The translations under genes and the position numbers were made by a program. DNA of 64,000 bases from Raillietiella orientalis (lineage: Eukaryota): the NCBI GenBank assembly GCA_036172245.1, contig JAYWIR010000026.1:744001-808000 (forward strand). The letters are read 5' to 3'. The notes under the pieces are model-generated. The model was given only the letters and a program-made list of their open reading frames with translations. It was not told the DNA's origin and ran no database searches. Below, in pieces: positions 1 through 12,859 of the stretch (its first letter is position 1; every line of letters starts with the position of its first letter).

Positions 1-457
1 GCTCTGGAGCCAGGCCGCGTCCGCTTGAGCGACGCGCCATCACCCCGCGCCAACCGACACGGGTGCAACGCCCCACGTGAGGGGTTTCCCCCCCCCCCTT
101 CTGACCGCAGGGGGGTCGAAGTTCCGGAAAAGCAAGAGAGGTGACGGCAGCTCTGGAGCCAGGCCGCGTCCGCTTGAGCGACGCGCCATCACCCCGCGCC
201 AACCGACACGGGTGCAACGCCCCACGTGAGGGGTTTCCCCCCCCCCCTTCTGACCGCAGGGGGGTCGAAGTTCCGGAAAAGCAAGAGAGGTGACGGCAGC
301 TCTGGAGCCAGGCCGCGTCCGCTTGAGCGACGCGCCATCACCCCGCGCCAACCGACACGGGTGCAACGCCCCACGTGAGGGGTTTCCCCCCCCCCCCTTC
401 TGACCGCAGGGGGGTCAAAGTTCCGGAAAAGCAAGAGAGGTGACGGCAGCTCTGGAG
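1..457. repeat. Tandem repeat, 149-150 bp unit, about 3 near-identical copies (array probably continues beyond the window edge)
   Basis: Unit starting gctctggagc recurs at 1, 150, 299 and 449. Copies differ essentially only in C-tract length and one substitution. Confidence 0.95.
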
Positions 458-3400
458 CTCCGTCCGGGGGGAAGCACTCTTCTGCTCCTGACGTTCACTG
501 CGGCGTTTGGACGCGCGTTCCGAAGGAACGGAGGCGGACGAACGGTGGGGACTCTTTGGGTGGTGCAGCGGCACGGGGGAGAGGGAAGGCTTGGGTGAGC
601 ATCCTCTCCATCCGCGCCTGCCGGTCAGCTCCCCACCAGCGTTCCTCAACCGAAATCCGTGCTCGCGCGCGCTCCCACGAACATTTCTCTCATCGCCTCG
701 CTCGGCTCGGAAAGCATCATCTGCGTACTTACAATGTACGACACTCTGTGTTTGATGCGTTCGTCGTCTGGGTCGGGGGTCTCCTTGAGGAATCCTTGCC
801 AATCGCAGTCCTTCAGCGGTACGCAGACCATGCTTGCAGGACACGAAGAAAACCCCTGAGCGAACTGCAGGCCGTCCTCATGCAGGGTCCACACGTCCAG
901 GCGCCTCAGATCTGGAAGTCAGAGATTCGCGATCCGATCGGACTGCGCCCACCCCGAAGGCGCTCTCGGTTTGACCGCAGCGGACGTCTTTTCCTTCCAG
1001 AAGCTTCCCGACATCGGCGGGGAGGTTCTGTCCTTGCGAGGGACGCGCCGGGCAAAAGCGACCGCGATCTCTGTCGTCTCTCCCTGTTGCGAGCGAAGGC
1101 GACCGAACCCTCGAGGAGAGTTCACGGGCAACAAATTTGTGTCCCTCTTGCACGATGTGGCAGCAGGGAATGGATTTGAATGACCCCCCCCCCCACACAC
1201 ACACACTTCCTTCCCCGTCGCTCAAGGTCGAGTTGGGTTCATGCTCGGCTCCAAAGACTGCGAAATCGACAAAAGCGACGACTGTGCACGCGGACGAAGC
1301 TCTTCGCAAAGTTCTTCACTCCTTTCCCTCCCACTGGACTCTGTCCTCCCGCTGACAGCCCAGTACGGTAGACCGCGGAAGCAATCCTCGTCTGACTGGC
1401 GCCGACCTCCCAGCGGCTTGGGTCAAAGAGCTGGGGGAACAAACAGATGGCGAGGAGTGCCTACGAGTCCGACCAGTGCGCTCAGAAGAACTCAGCTGCA
1501 GGGTGCGGCACCTGAAAGACGGACTGCTTTTCGCCGCAGAGCCGCGGGCGAGGCGTTTTGGGGTTGTGTGGGTGCCATGCCCATCGCGTGCGCTGACGTC
1601 ACACCGCGAAGTCAGGGATCCCAGTCGCCCATTCTGCGGGACTCTGCAGCATGATTTCCAACGAAGGGAGGTCGGGGAAGGAGAGGCGACTCTGTCAGAG
1701 GAGGAATTCGGGGCGAGCTGGTGCGGGATGCGTGTGGTGCGTGAGCCGGGAGCGGGATGACGAGCCAACCAGCTGAGGGTCCTCAGCGAAAGAAGTGCCG
1801 AAGTTCGCGGAAGCTCTCCTCTCCTGCTTCGTCCGCGGAAGTGGCTTCCAGCTGCTCGACTCCGACGGACTTTTTGACTCTTGAGGGAATTCGGTGCAGG
1901 GAGTTCATGGATTGCGCCCTCCGCACGCACACGTTTTTCTGGATCGGTAGGCAACGCGGCGCAAACGCAGTGGCGCCGTTCCCTCGAAGAGTGGCCGGCG
2001 CAAAGACATTGCAGTCATTTTCTTTCCTTTTCTCTTCTGAAATGATGAAGTGCACGGAAACGGGATGTGCGCGGAAAAGCAGGAATCCTTTCAGTTCAGA
2101 CCGCGCTAAGGGTGTATGGAAATGGGTTTGGCATCGTCGGTTGGCACAGCAAAGACGTGCTCCAGTGGATTCCAGCTTTCGACTCTCAGCGACCGTCGCG
2201 CCGAGCAGTCTGCTTTTGCCCCGGAAGTGATGCAAGGAAGTGGTCCAGCGCTTCTTGCATCGCAGAAGCCCAGGTCTGCAGGCTGAACGAGACGCAAGCG
2301 AAGCAGAGTGCAAGATCGCGTGTAATGCGTGCATGTTTTGTGTACTCAACCATGGACGAGTTGCAGAATACCTCGAGATGTGCCCTTCCTCCTAGGGGAA
2401 CGCTCGGATGCCAGTGTCTGTTTTCTTTACACGACCACCTTTGCTGCGAACATTGCATGAGCTGAGATCTCTCCGCTGGAGAACGGGCCTCCCTCGGTCG
2501 CCCGCAGCGACCGCATCGGTGCAAAACAAACCGGGAACGAGGAGGAAGACAGCAACAACACGGGAAAAAAAAAAAAACGGTCTTCCTCTTCTTGAAAAGA
2601 TGCAAAACGTAGGTGTGGGGTATCAACAAAATGCTCGTCGTTTCCGCATGCTTGCCGTGTGTGCTCCACGCGTCCGGACAATCGGGATGGCAGGAGGAGA
2701 GCGCAAGCCAGCTGGCCTGCCCATCCTGCTCTACGCCTCCCGCTCTTTCGAGAGCTCGGAGGTCAGCGGCTCTCCAGAGCCCAAGATCGAGACGGAAAGA
2801 GGGGAAGAGCTTGCCTTCCTGCTCTCGCCGAAGACAAGACGGACAGAGGGCTACCGAACAGTGCACTCGGGAAGAAGGAACGGCGAGGTCGAGCATCCAT
2901 CGAGAGATTTGTGTTGGACGCACCGCGATCATAGCTTCCTCTTCGGGATCGATTGGACGGATAAGGTGATGACCCAGAAGATAAGACGAGATGGCCGGGG
3001 AGTGCTCGCCCAGCGTTCATCGTGCGCATCCATTCGCTTTCGGGAGACTCGTCATCCAAGCTTTCAGGATGCGATTCTTTCGGGAGCCGCGCGCGCCACA
3101 GGCGCACACGAGCATCCAGCAGTAATGGCGGCAGGAAGATGCGCCACGTTCCTCGTTTCCAGCCCGCATTTTTCTCTCTCTCGGCATCGTTCGATTCCGG
3201 GAAATCGCGCGAACGAGCGCGTCATGTTTTCGGAATGTTCATCCGAGGAAGCATGTAGTTCCTTTCATTTGCGGAGAGGAAGAAATTTGGCAGAAGAATT
3301 TCATCACGCAGATGCAACACATACACGCACGCACGCACGTACGCACAAACAAACAAACAAACAAACAACAACAACAGAATCCTGGCTTCGAAGAAGGCCA

Positions 3401-4249
3401 TGTGCGTTTTCGCTTCGCTCCACGTCTCCGGGAAACTCAGAAGAAAACAAAGACTCTGGAAACATCCACCCTCCCTGTCTCATGCTAGGCAATGCATGCG
3501 GTTCCTCATCGACCCGGAATAGCAGGATGGCGAGCGCCCTGGAGCCATCGGATGCGCCGAGCCTTTTGCGCGGCCTCAGGGCAGCAGCGGACGAGGTTTG
3601 GGGTTGGGGCCGGACCGGTGGGGAAAAATTTCCGAGAGCTGCCCTCCCTCAAGTCCGCACCCTAAGCGTGCAGCTCACCCCCGACGGCAGCCGTCCCTTC
3701 GACGTGTCCCGCGAGGCGGGCGCCTCAGCGCAGGGGCAACGAACAGACCAAAGAGGCTGCTCTGAGCTCACGCCCTCCGTGGCAGGTTGCGGGGAGAACG
3801 GACAGAGGGCGGCTTGGGAGGTCCTTCTGCACCGTCGAGTTCGGCACCCGCCCTTTCTCCTGCGCGCTCTGGTATCCGGGCAAGTCCAAGGGGCTTGGAA
3901 GACGCTGAAGAGGCGGGCGGACACCCTTGTGAGGCGGTCATGCGCTCCCGGCTAGCTGAAGAACTCCCCGTTCCTCCCTTTCCTGGATTCTCCCTGACGA
4001 CGCTCAGGGGAGGAACACGTACGATGATCCGGTGTTTAGCAGCAGCAAGCAAGGAGAGGAGGGGTCAGGGAAAGCAACCATTCCCTCTGAGTGGAGGAAG
4101 GGAAGACGATGGCGATGCCATCACTTGAAGGATGCGCCGTCTAGAGGCGCATTCCAAACGGCCGGCTCGCACCGACTTCTGGACCCGCGACAACCCCGTG
4201 GCTCGAGCTAGAGAACACTTCCCGGTGACGAGAAGCATGGCGAACGGAA

Positions 4250-4412
4250 AGGCGTGCGTTCGAATCCGCAGGCGGTGGTGCAGCCGCGCGAGAAGGCAGT
4301 GCGCGCGCCTCAGCAGCGCTGGCACCCCGAGCAGCGCGCGCCGAGACCCGAGGAAATCGGCTTATCCCCTTCCGTGGTGAGTGGAAGGCCGCGAGTTCGA
4401 ATCCCGGCGACG
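4250..4412 (+). other. Two degenerate tRNA/SINE-like B-box (T-arm) motifs
   Basis: GTTCGAATCC at ~4258-4268 and ~4394-4404 with short flanking stems. No complete cloverleaf recognisable. Confidence 0.3.
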
Positions 4413-4520
4413 CATCCTCGCGAGGAGGCCCTCTGCGGCGCTACGCACGGTGTATGTAACGCGCGCGTGACACCCTCGCGCGCGCTCTTACACGCGGCCA
4501 CACGCAAGCTCCGCCCCTAC

Positions 4521-4731
4521 CATCATCGCCGGAATCTCTCTGCATGTCCTCTGCGTGTTCGTCCGGGAAGGCGTTCGGCAACCCTGACTCCTGGGAGCCC
4601 GCGTCCATGTCGAAGAGCGAAGCCAGGAGCTCCCGCAGCTCGCACGGTCCATCGCATCGAGGAGCTGCGAGGACGTGTCCGGCCACGAGCAGAAGCGCCG
4701 TGAGGCAGGCTCGGAACGCGTGCCTCCACAT
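4521..4731 (-). CDS. Candidate first coding exon of a small secreted protein
   Basis: MWRHAFRACLTALLLVAGHVLA-APRC looks like a signal peptide with an A-x-A-like cleavage site. GT donor after 4521; TATATAA ~55 bp upstream. No homology recognised. Confidence 0.35.
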
Positions 4732-4785
4732 GTCCTATCTTTTGGCGGCTCGCACACTCTCGGAGGCGCAAAGGCCGGGCGCGAC

Positions 4786-4793
4786 TTATATAA
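4786..4793 (-). promoter_or_regulatory. Candidate TATA box
   Basis: Isolated TTATATAA in GC-rich DNA just upstream of the ATG at 4731. Confidence 0.3.
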
Positions 4794-5184
4794 CTCCAAC
4801 CTCCATTTACTACCGGGAAAATCCGATGGCCTTGACTGAAGACGAGAGTTGAACCACATCTGCTTTTTGGTTGGTCCAGATAAAAGAAAAAAAAAAAAAA
4901 GAAGAAGGAATCTTCGGAGAGCAGAAGCCTCCTCCTGCGAAGTCTTCGCTAGGGTCTGGCTTCTGTTTCGGGTTCCCTTCGCGGCTTCCGGCTCTCGGGA
5001 GCGAGCGAGCGACCCGGCTCGAGCGCTCTCACCGCCAGTCGCGGCCGCGTCTTCTTCTTCCCCTTCGAACCTCCCGAGGCCGCCAGCAGCGCTCTGCGGT
5101 CCCGGGGTCCTCCTTCCCGACGGACGGCCCGCCGCCGCGACTGCGTGGGCGCCGCGCGGGTCGAAAAGCGAAGAGGAGGCAGCG

Positions 5185-5350
5185 CATCCGCCTCAGGGAT
5201 TCGAACCCGCAGCCCCCTGCTCGTACAGGGGGGCCGTCTCGTAACCATCCCGCCGGCTCAGCGCAGGACAAGGCCAAAGGCATATGTTGAGGGAAGGACC
5301 TTTTTTTGTTTGCCAGACGAGTTCGCGCCGGGATCCGAACCCTGGACCTC
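5185..5350 (-). other. Two degenerate tRNA/SINE-like B-box motifs
   Basis: Minus-strand GGTTCGAATCCC (~5196-5207) and GGTTCGGATCCC (~5330-5342). Confidence 0.3.
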
Positions 5351-7929
5351 CGTCTCGCAACGGTTTTTCTTTTTTCATTTTTCCCCCTCCTTGCAATGAC
5401 ACTCGTTGTGCCCGGCGCCCGTGTTTACCATGGGAATCCCTCGGCTGCGCCATTCGGATTCAGAATTCTCATTCCCCCTCTCGCAATACCGAATTTAAAA
5501 GAAAAAGAAAAACAAAGAAGCGAAGGACGGAGGACCATCACCACGACTGGAATCCCATCCTCCGGCCTCAAAGATGATAGCAATGATCGAATACTCTTAC
5601 GTGTCAAAGGGGGAAATCTTGCGCACTGCTGCAATGCTAACTTTTTGCCACGCTTTTTTTGAGGTGTTCCCTCTCCGGCATCCTTGCAGTCTTCCTGGAA
5701 GAGTTCGTCGGGGTCCGCCCGCCCCTTTGGAAAGCCAGCCCCGCTTCATTCGGGGCTTCGGAGACTCTCTCCCCTCTCCCCCCCCGTTTGGAGGCAAAAC
5801 TGACCGCCCCGCTTTCAAGATGGCCGCTCCTCCGGTCCCGCCCCTGCGTTCCTGGAATTTCTGCTTCATAAATGCGCAGGAAGTCGGGAAACTCTCTCCC
5901 GGCAGAAGGGAAGAGGAATTCCCGCGCCACGGGCGTGCCGTGGTTCGCGCCGTAGGTGGAGCGCGCTTTTCAGGACGGCGTCCGGGTTGCCATCTCTCAA
6001 GCTCTCCCTCGAAGCTCCTCAGCTTCGCGACGATCCGCACCTGTGCCGGGGGGCACGGGTGGTGGCTTGCTCGTGGGGTCGAAAGGCGTGGTTAGTTGGG
6101 CTGTTGCGGTGGGTTCTCACCTCGGCATGCCGGGTGGCGTATTCAGAATAAGCAAACAAATGGGGATGGGACGGACCGGCCCCACTGAGGAAGGCATAAT
6201 TCCCAGGAGCCTGCTGCATAGGGCAGGGCGGGGAGGGAAGGGGAAAGGTGCTGCCACTGGTTTCGAGCTAGTCTGGCCACAGCCTCCCCAGAATCCCTTA
6301 TGTTTCACATCTCCGCGTGGGCCACTTGATCGCACGCCGCACGAGGACTGCGGCGGTTGCCATCGGCTCCCAGGGGTGACGCCCCTCCCACCTCCTGCGA
6401 CGAGGCAGCTGATGATCCCAGATTGGCCCGGATTCGTCTGAGAACAGACCTGAGGCATTGGAGCACCCCTGCTATGACACGTCCGTCCATGATGCAACCT
6501 CTGATGCAGCGTTCCGGCAGTAGCTGTGGAAGGGCTTCCACGGTCCCACAGTGGATACGTTCCTTGGGAACTTCTCTTCTCGAGGAATGTCAGGTCTCGT
6601 GAGCCAGACGCGACGCTGCTCAAACAAGCGTTGCCATGGCAGGTTCACCGCTTCCGGCTCCATCTGTTTGGTTCTCCGAGATCTCCCGTTTGCTTTCGTA
6701 GTCCGAGATGAACACACCATCCTCCAGGAGAGTCACAGCGTCGTCGTCGTCTTTGGATCTTCTGCTCACAACTCGAGAGCCCACAATCTTTTGCCCGAGG
6801 TGTCGCGCAGCGGGAATCTCTCCAGGGGGGCTCCGAGATGCGCCTGAATGGGGAATGGACGGGGAGCCTTCCCATCGCATCTTGCACGGTACGGCCATGA
6901 GGGAAGGAGGGAGACGGGGAAGAGATTCGGCGCGAGCTCAGAGCAGGGATCCTGGCGCTGTGGCGACGGTCAGGGTGGTCACTTTGGAGCAAGGGGTGCA
7001 CTCTGCGGAGAGACGCTTTCTCGATAAGCTGAACAGTAGTTTGCCGAACGAATGAGAGAGGACTCTAATAGTCAATCCCAGGCTGAAGAAGCAAGGCGTG
7101 CTTGAGAAGAGAGGCGTGCTTGCTGCTTCCTTGATTTCACTGTCGGAGTCTTCCGCTTCGGGAAGGAGCAGAGGAAGTTTTCGAGCTGAAGGATCACGTG
7201 TGACGGAATGGGATGCGAAGGATCAAGCAAGCGGGGAGCTGCTACTTGATACCAGGAGGAGAAGGACGTTGAGACTTTGGGGGAGATACGGGTTGTAGGC
7301 AAGAGCACCCTCTTCTGAGGTGATTAGTGGATTTGGGGATAGGAGGAGGATAGTTCGGGTTAGGTTAAAGGTACTTCATGCGAGTAGAGAAAGACGACAC
7401 TAAAGATGCTGAAGCATGCAAGATATCTTCCCGTCAGGTGCAGTAGAGAAGACTGACCAACAAACTGATACGGCGAGATTCGTGAGACTGCGAGCTGACA
7501 CGGGGTTCCTTAGAGGTCATACGAACTCGGTACGAACCCGTGGATGCCTGGGGGAAAAGATCGCCGACTCGGTTGAGCTCGTAGCCTGCGCACCCTTCTA
7601 GGTGCACCCCAAGCGCATCCTCCTTTTGAAGGACCACAGTTGCCTACAGGGTTGAATGGCGATCTGCTTGCACGGCGACCGCCTGACTCCAACGGGCTTC
7701 CTGCTGAAGCGGGAAACATCTGGCACATTCGAGAAGACCGTTTGCCTCGAGAGAGGGCGCGCGCGTGCTTGGAGAAAGCCGCCAGGGGTGCACCCCGACC
7801 CAAGGGTGCCCCTCGGTCAGCGGCACCCTTGCTGCTCATCAACACGCCGCTAGCGCTCCGGCAACGCTGGTCCGGATGCTGTCGATGTGCGTTGCGAGGG
7901 ACGCGGGGAAAGGGTTTGCTTTTGTTTCC

Positions 7930-8610
7930 GGATGCCGAGATCCGAAAACAAAGTTTCACTTCTTTCGTGCTGTCGAAAATGTTAGGAAAATGGAAAACAA
8001 AACTTCTTTTTTTTTTTTTCGGTTTGTTGGCTCTTCCATTTTTGCCCACCATTTTACATTGCCACCATCGTTGTTTCCTTTCGAAATTCGATATTTATAT
8101 GTGCATTTAACGTATTTATTATGTACATAAATACATACTCATATATAATGAACATGTATATTCATTTTAAGACGCTTTATAATATATATCGATCTATATG
8201 TAAATATATATTAATATACGTAATAGAGATACATATGGTAAATCTATATATCAGTATACACAATACGCATCTGTATTTATTTTTATCATATTTATAATTT
8301 TATATATGCAGTAAACATTTGTATTTTTTATAATGTTCGTATATGAATCTATATCTGTCTACATCTATATATATATTAATGAACATAATGAACCTGTATT
8401 TTTTTAATGATTTTTATATTATCTATTGATCAATATGAATCTGTATCTACGTATCGATAACCATATGTGATTATATCTATATACTTATTTATGTCTGTGC
8501 ACCTCTATCTATGTATCTCAATCTGTGCATCGCGATCTATATATCCATATCTCTCTATCCATGTATCTACATCTATGTATCCATGTCTATCTATCTGTAT
8601 CTATATCGCC
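7930..8610. repeat. AT-rich dispersed repeat (same family as 12.9, 15.9, 21.1 and 49.6 kb)
   Basis: Abrupt AT-rich block with degenerate ATAT/TCTAT modules. Its left end resembles the reverse complement of 13360-13460. Confidence 0.5.
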
Positions 8611-10029
8611 CTCGGAGACGCCTTTGCAAGGAGCAAGCGCCAGCGCATCTTCCGTGCGCCGTCCTGAACACCACTGGTGTGTTCTCCGATGGACACCACG
8701 CGCTGTGACCACGGAGGTCAGGTCTCCATGAACTCATCGCCTCCTCGATGAGGAGTCCCCCCTACGGCGGAAGTACCTCGGCTGCGGATAGGCACCTCCC
8801 ATTGTCCGTAGTCAGCCTTCTTTGGTGCTTTCGGAGGTGACTTCGGGCCCCCTGGCGCAAAGTCGAAAGCGCCCGGAAAAAGTGACAGCGCCCCCTGCCG
8901 TTCCGGGCACGCTGGCAGCAAGCTGCTTCCTGCTTCCTGGCTGCTCCTCATGTCGGCGGAAGATGACACCTAGTCAGGAAGTCACTGCACGTACTTGGAA
9001 GCCCGAAGTAACTTCTTGGTCTCCGTCGAAGAATGACAGGGAACACGGTTCAAGTGACCACTGCAAGCATGGGGACAGAGGAGTAGCCATCGAATACTAA
9101 CCGTAACAGCGACAGGAGAGCGAGCATTTGCAGCAGAAGAGAGGATGTGGTGGCACAACTCCTTTTCTTAGGGAAGGAAGATAATGCGTGCCAAAGATAA
9201 GCGTTCCGTTGCCTGGAGTTGCGGCGGCCTTGGAAAACGACCTAGAGGGGTAGTGGACGGTGGCGCCCTCTGCTGATGGTGCCCGGCTTTACCTGGCCAG
9301 ACTTCCTTTCAGCAATTCAGAGCGGCGCCCTCTGTGTTGCACGGGAGAAGGCTGCTTCTTCAGTGGTCTCGAAGCGGAGGTGCGTGCGAGTTCGGCCCGG
9401 AACGCCCCCACGGTGGCGTCCGAGAGCCGGAAGTGCGTGCGATGGAACTGCGTCATCCAGAGAACCGAGTCCGCGAAGAGAGATTCCGAGTCGATCCCTG
9501 GAGTGGGATCTGCTGCCTTCTTCCTGCTCCTCCTTCCTTCCCTCTTCCTGGCCGCCATACGGGTTGTGCCCCGCCTTGAGAAGTCCGGCTGCTGAGCCTG
9601 CCTCGTCTTTCCTGGAGACGATCCTTCCGGAGAGGATTTTCCTGCCTCCGTTCCTGCGGTCTTCTGCGAGGAGAGAGTGACCCAGGGTCCCCTTATCGGT
9701 CGTGGCCGCTTGGAGCCTCTGAACTTCCGAAAGATTCCCGGGTGCGGCCGCACGTGACTCTGTCCGGAGCAATTCCGTGATCTCTAGAGAGCCGTGCGCT
9801 TCGCCCATCAGAGAGTGTGGGCGAGCGCGGGTGGGAGGAAACGGGAAGAGGAGGGGAGGGGAGGAGATGTTTTCTAGCATCTTCGTAGTGTGGTCACTTC
9901 CTCCGTACGGCCCGCGGTGCCCCCCCTTCCTGAGGTCACCTAGACACCCCGAGGAAAAGGTCCGCCTTCGCTTCCTCGGAGCTGCTGCTATGGTGGTCGC
10001 CGGGGAGATCATGAGCTGCGCCACAGGGA

Positions 10030-11031
10030 TCGACAGTGTCGCGCACCCCGATTTGTCCCTGCCAGCGGCCACGAGGGCTGCACGAACGCCAGAGGCAACA
10101 GTCAGAAGCCTCTGCTCGCCTTGGCAATGGGGAGTCCGCGGTTGCCTACGCGACGAGTGTCCCCTCTGGCTCGATCTTGCCGAACGCGGACCATTCGAGT
10201 TCCTGAGGCTAGTCACCACCGTTCGCGGACCCTTCCGTGGAGGGTCATGGAGGTCGTGACCCATCCGTGGACGCCGGGTGCCTCTTCCCCTTGGGGCGTT
10301 CCCCGTCCCGAGAGGGAAGGGGGAGGGGCGTGGACGAGTGGCGGGGGTCCACACAGCCTCTCCCTTCTCTGGTGCGGGTCGTCGGGAAGTATCGCAGGGA
10401 CCAGAGCGCGCCTCCGGACAAGCTGACGTTGCCTCGGGGACGACCTTGGGGAAGCTGCGTCCCCGGACCGTTCCAGGTGCAGGAGGATCGCATCGATTGT
10501 GGGCCTCTGGACGGACGGACTGCGGCGGCCTCGGTGAACACCGGAAGAGACCAGGCTTTGGCGCTCCGTCGCCCGGAGGACAGCGCAATGCGGACCTGCC
10601 ACTGCGGAGGCTCATCTGACGCAGCGATCGTGACGGTGGGTCGCTCACGCGCCGTAGCCGCGGCCCACCGTGAGCTCGGGGCACAGGACTCAGCGAAGGA
10701 CGACCGCCGTCCGCATGGCAACCGCTCGTCGCCAGGCCGGTTGCTAGGTGACCTCGTCTGGAAGAGGGAGTTAAGGGGAGGAGGCGGGAGTCATCCAGCG
10801 CCGGGTTCTGGGAAGGAGGAACGGCCGGACACCCCATCCCTTCTCTGCCGCCCTTTGTTTATGTATTTATCGTCCCCTTCCTCTCGTTCGGGACTGCCCT
10901 GAAAGCCCGCCTGCCTGCCGGTGGTCACTCCCAATGGACTCGCGTTTTTTTTTTTTTTCTTGCCATGCTTTTGTATTTGGGGGACTTTTTTTTTTTTTTA
11001 AAATAAACGTCCCGGCGCGACCAGGGGCCAA
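10030..11031 (+). mobile_element. Degenerate 3' part of L1/Tx1-like LINE
   Basis: 3' UTR resembles 53940-54140 and ends AATAAACGTCCCGGCGCGACCAGGG. Upstream sequence has decayed ORF2 similarity. Confidence 0.6.
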
Positions 11032-11199
11032 GTCTCCGAACTTCACCGCCCGGTGGCGGTTGCCAAGGAATGCGCCCTGCGTGGAACTGTCCCCTGAGAC
11101 CCTTCGTCGGCCATTCCTTGGGCGGGGTACCGCGGGACCCGAAGGAGTCTTCTGCCCTGACAGCAGCGCCCCCGTCTGCCCTCAGGGCAAGCGACGGCA

Positions 11200-11760
11200 G
11201 CTGACTAGGGGCAGGGCGAGGGTTCTCCCGCGCCGCTGCGGGGAAGACGAAACTCCTGAGCGGCTGGGGCGACCAGCGAGCTGCTGGCTCGTCGTGTCGT
11301 CAGAGAAGGGCCTGCATCGGCGATCCCAACTGTTGAGTGCTCCCTCTCCCCTCCCCTCGACCAACCCTCATAGAGGGGGAGGGATCGAACACATCCGCGT
11401 CCCCCATCGTCCCGGAACCAGGCCGTGCTGCTGTTTCTGCACCGGGAACTCCCCACTGCAGCCAGCTCCTGCGGAAAGTTCCAGCGGCAGCCGCGCCAAT
11501 TGCGGGTCGCTGGAAGCGACCCCCGCATCCGCTTTGGGGCCGCTGCGGTGACCTCGAACGGCTTCGGCGCTTCCTCTTCAAGAGGACACCTCGCGTGACC
11601 TGCCGTGGCGGTTCCCCTTGAAGCAGGAGCTAGCATCGTCGCTGCCGAGCTTCCGATACAGGATGCGGGACTTGGCTTTTTCTCCCGAGTCGGGACGCGC
11701 CTCCCTTCGGGGAAGCCCGTCCGTGGATCTCCTGCCGTTTTCTGAACTCCTCTAAAGGGG
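11200..11760 (+). mobile_element. Degenerate LINE ORF2 C-terminal fragment
   Basis: Decayed zinc-finger region (PPHPLWGRCGDLERL) similar to 12200-12300 and to the better-preserved copies. Confidence 0.4.
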
Positions 11761-11899
11761 GCGGTCATATCCTGGGCTATGCTCCGAGGAATGGGACCGG
11801 TGTGGAACTTCGTCTCCTGCGACTCTTCACCAGCCATCCTTTGAGGGAGGCACTGCAGGATCCGAGGAAGCTGAGGACGCCGCGTTCCTTGACGCAGCG

Positions 11900-12770
11900 C
11901 CGTCTGCCCTCAGGGAAAGAGGCGGCGGTTGCCTACGACGGGGTGGGAGTTTTTCCCGCGCGGCTGCAGGGAGGAGGAGTCGGAAGACCCACGAGTCTGC
12001 ATGGGGCCACGCACTATGGCGGAGAGACTGTGTCGGTGGAGCCAGCTGTTGGGTGCTCCCCCGACGAGCTCGCAATCCCACCCTTGCGTTGGAACACTTC
12101 GGTGTTTCCGGCGAAGTGGAAGCGCGAGGTGCTGCCACTCCTGCATGGGGCCCACGAGCGCTGGCACCTCGTATCCGGGAGGGGAAGGGAGAGTTGCAAC
12201 CCCGAACCGCCGTGCCAGGTGTGCGTCGGTGGAATCGATCCCGCCGCACCTGCTTTTCGACTGCGGTGACCTCCGCGGGACAGCGCCCGTGATCTGCCGC
12301 GGCGGTTCTTCGCGCGCGGCAGACTCTCGGCTGGCGTAGTCAAGGCGACGCCACCGTCACCCCTGCACCCTTCCCTACCATGTTTCTCAGGAAGCTGCCT
12401 ACGTGAGGGCGGTTGCTAGGTAGCCCCACCCAGAAGAGGAAGTCACAGAGGACGTCGGTAGCATTCAGCGCCGGTTCTAGGAGCAGCCGGTGACCCCTGT
12501 CCTTCACCTTCCCCTATTATTCATTTCTTTACTGTTCCCTTCTTCCCGTTCCAGATTTTTCCGGTTGCTAGGTGACTCCGGAAAAAGCCCAAGATGCCTT
12601 CCCTTGATCTCCGTCCTTTTGTTTGCATTTTTGTTTATCGTCTCCGCATATCCGTTCCGGACTTCTGGAGTCACCTGCGCACTCTCCCCTCGAACTTCTG
12701 TTTGTTTTCCTTCGGGAACCGTGACGTTGGTTCGTCCTTTTGAGTGAGCGCCCCGGCGTGGACGGGTGAC
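11900..12770 (+). mobile_element. Degenerate 3' part of L1/Tx1-like LINE
   Basis: ARCASVESIPPHLLFDCGDL (zinc-finger motif), pyrimidine-rich 3' UTR, terminal GCGCCCCGGCGTGGACGGGTGA. Confidence 0.6.
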
Positions 12771-12859
12771 GGGCGGATCTTTCGCGCTCCATCCATTACG
12801 CTGGTCCCTTCGGTCTTCGCTCTCGTCAAGCTGGAAACGTGGCTGTGATGCTGTTTCTG

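Noticed and set aside
61..90. Resemblance of the satellite unit (tgcaacgcc...ggggtttcc) to the 19.7 kb LINE junction
   Set aside because: Two 9-nt matches separated by a gap, with unrelated flanks; plausible by chance.
1..457. CRISPR array or hammerhead ribozyme repeat
   Set aside because: No unique spacers, eukaryotic context, and no CUGANGA...GAAA core (ctgaccg does not fit).
2408..3955. 515-aa plus-strand ORF
   Set aside because: Runs through homopolymer and microsatellite tracts, has no recognisable domain, and is a likely GC-rich chance ORF.
6526..6711. Integrase-like HSGYVPWELLFSR
   Set aside because: Single short motif with no DDE core or LTRs seen.
9317..10837. 506-aa minus-strand ORF
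   Set aside because: Low-complexity R/P/G/S composition, antisense to a decayed LINE copy.
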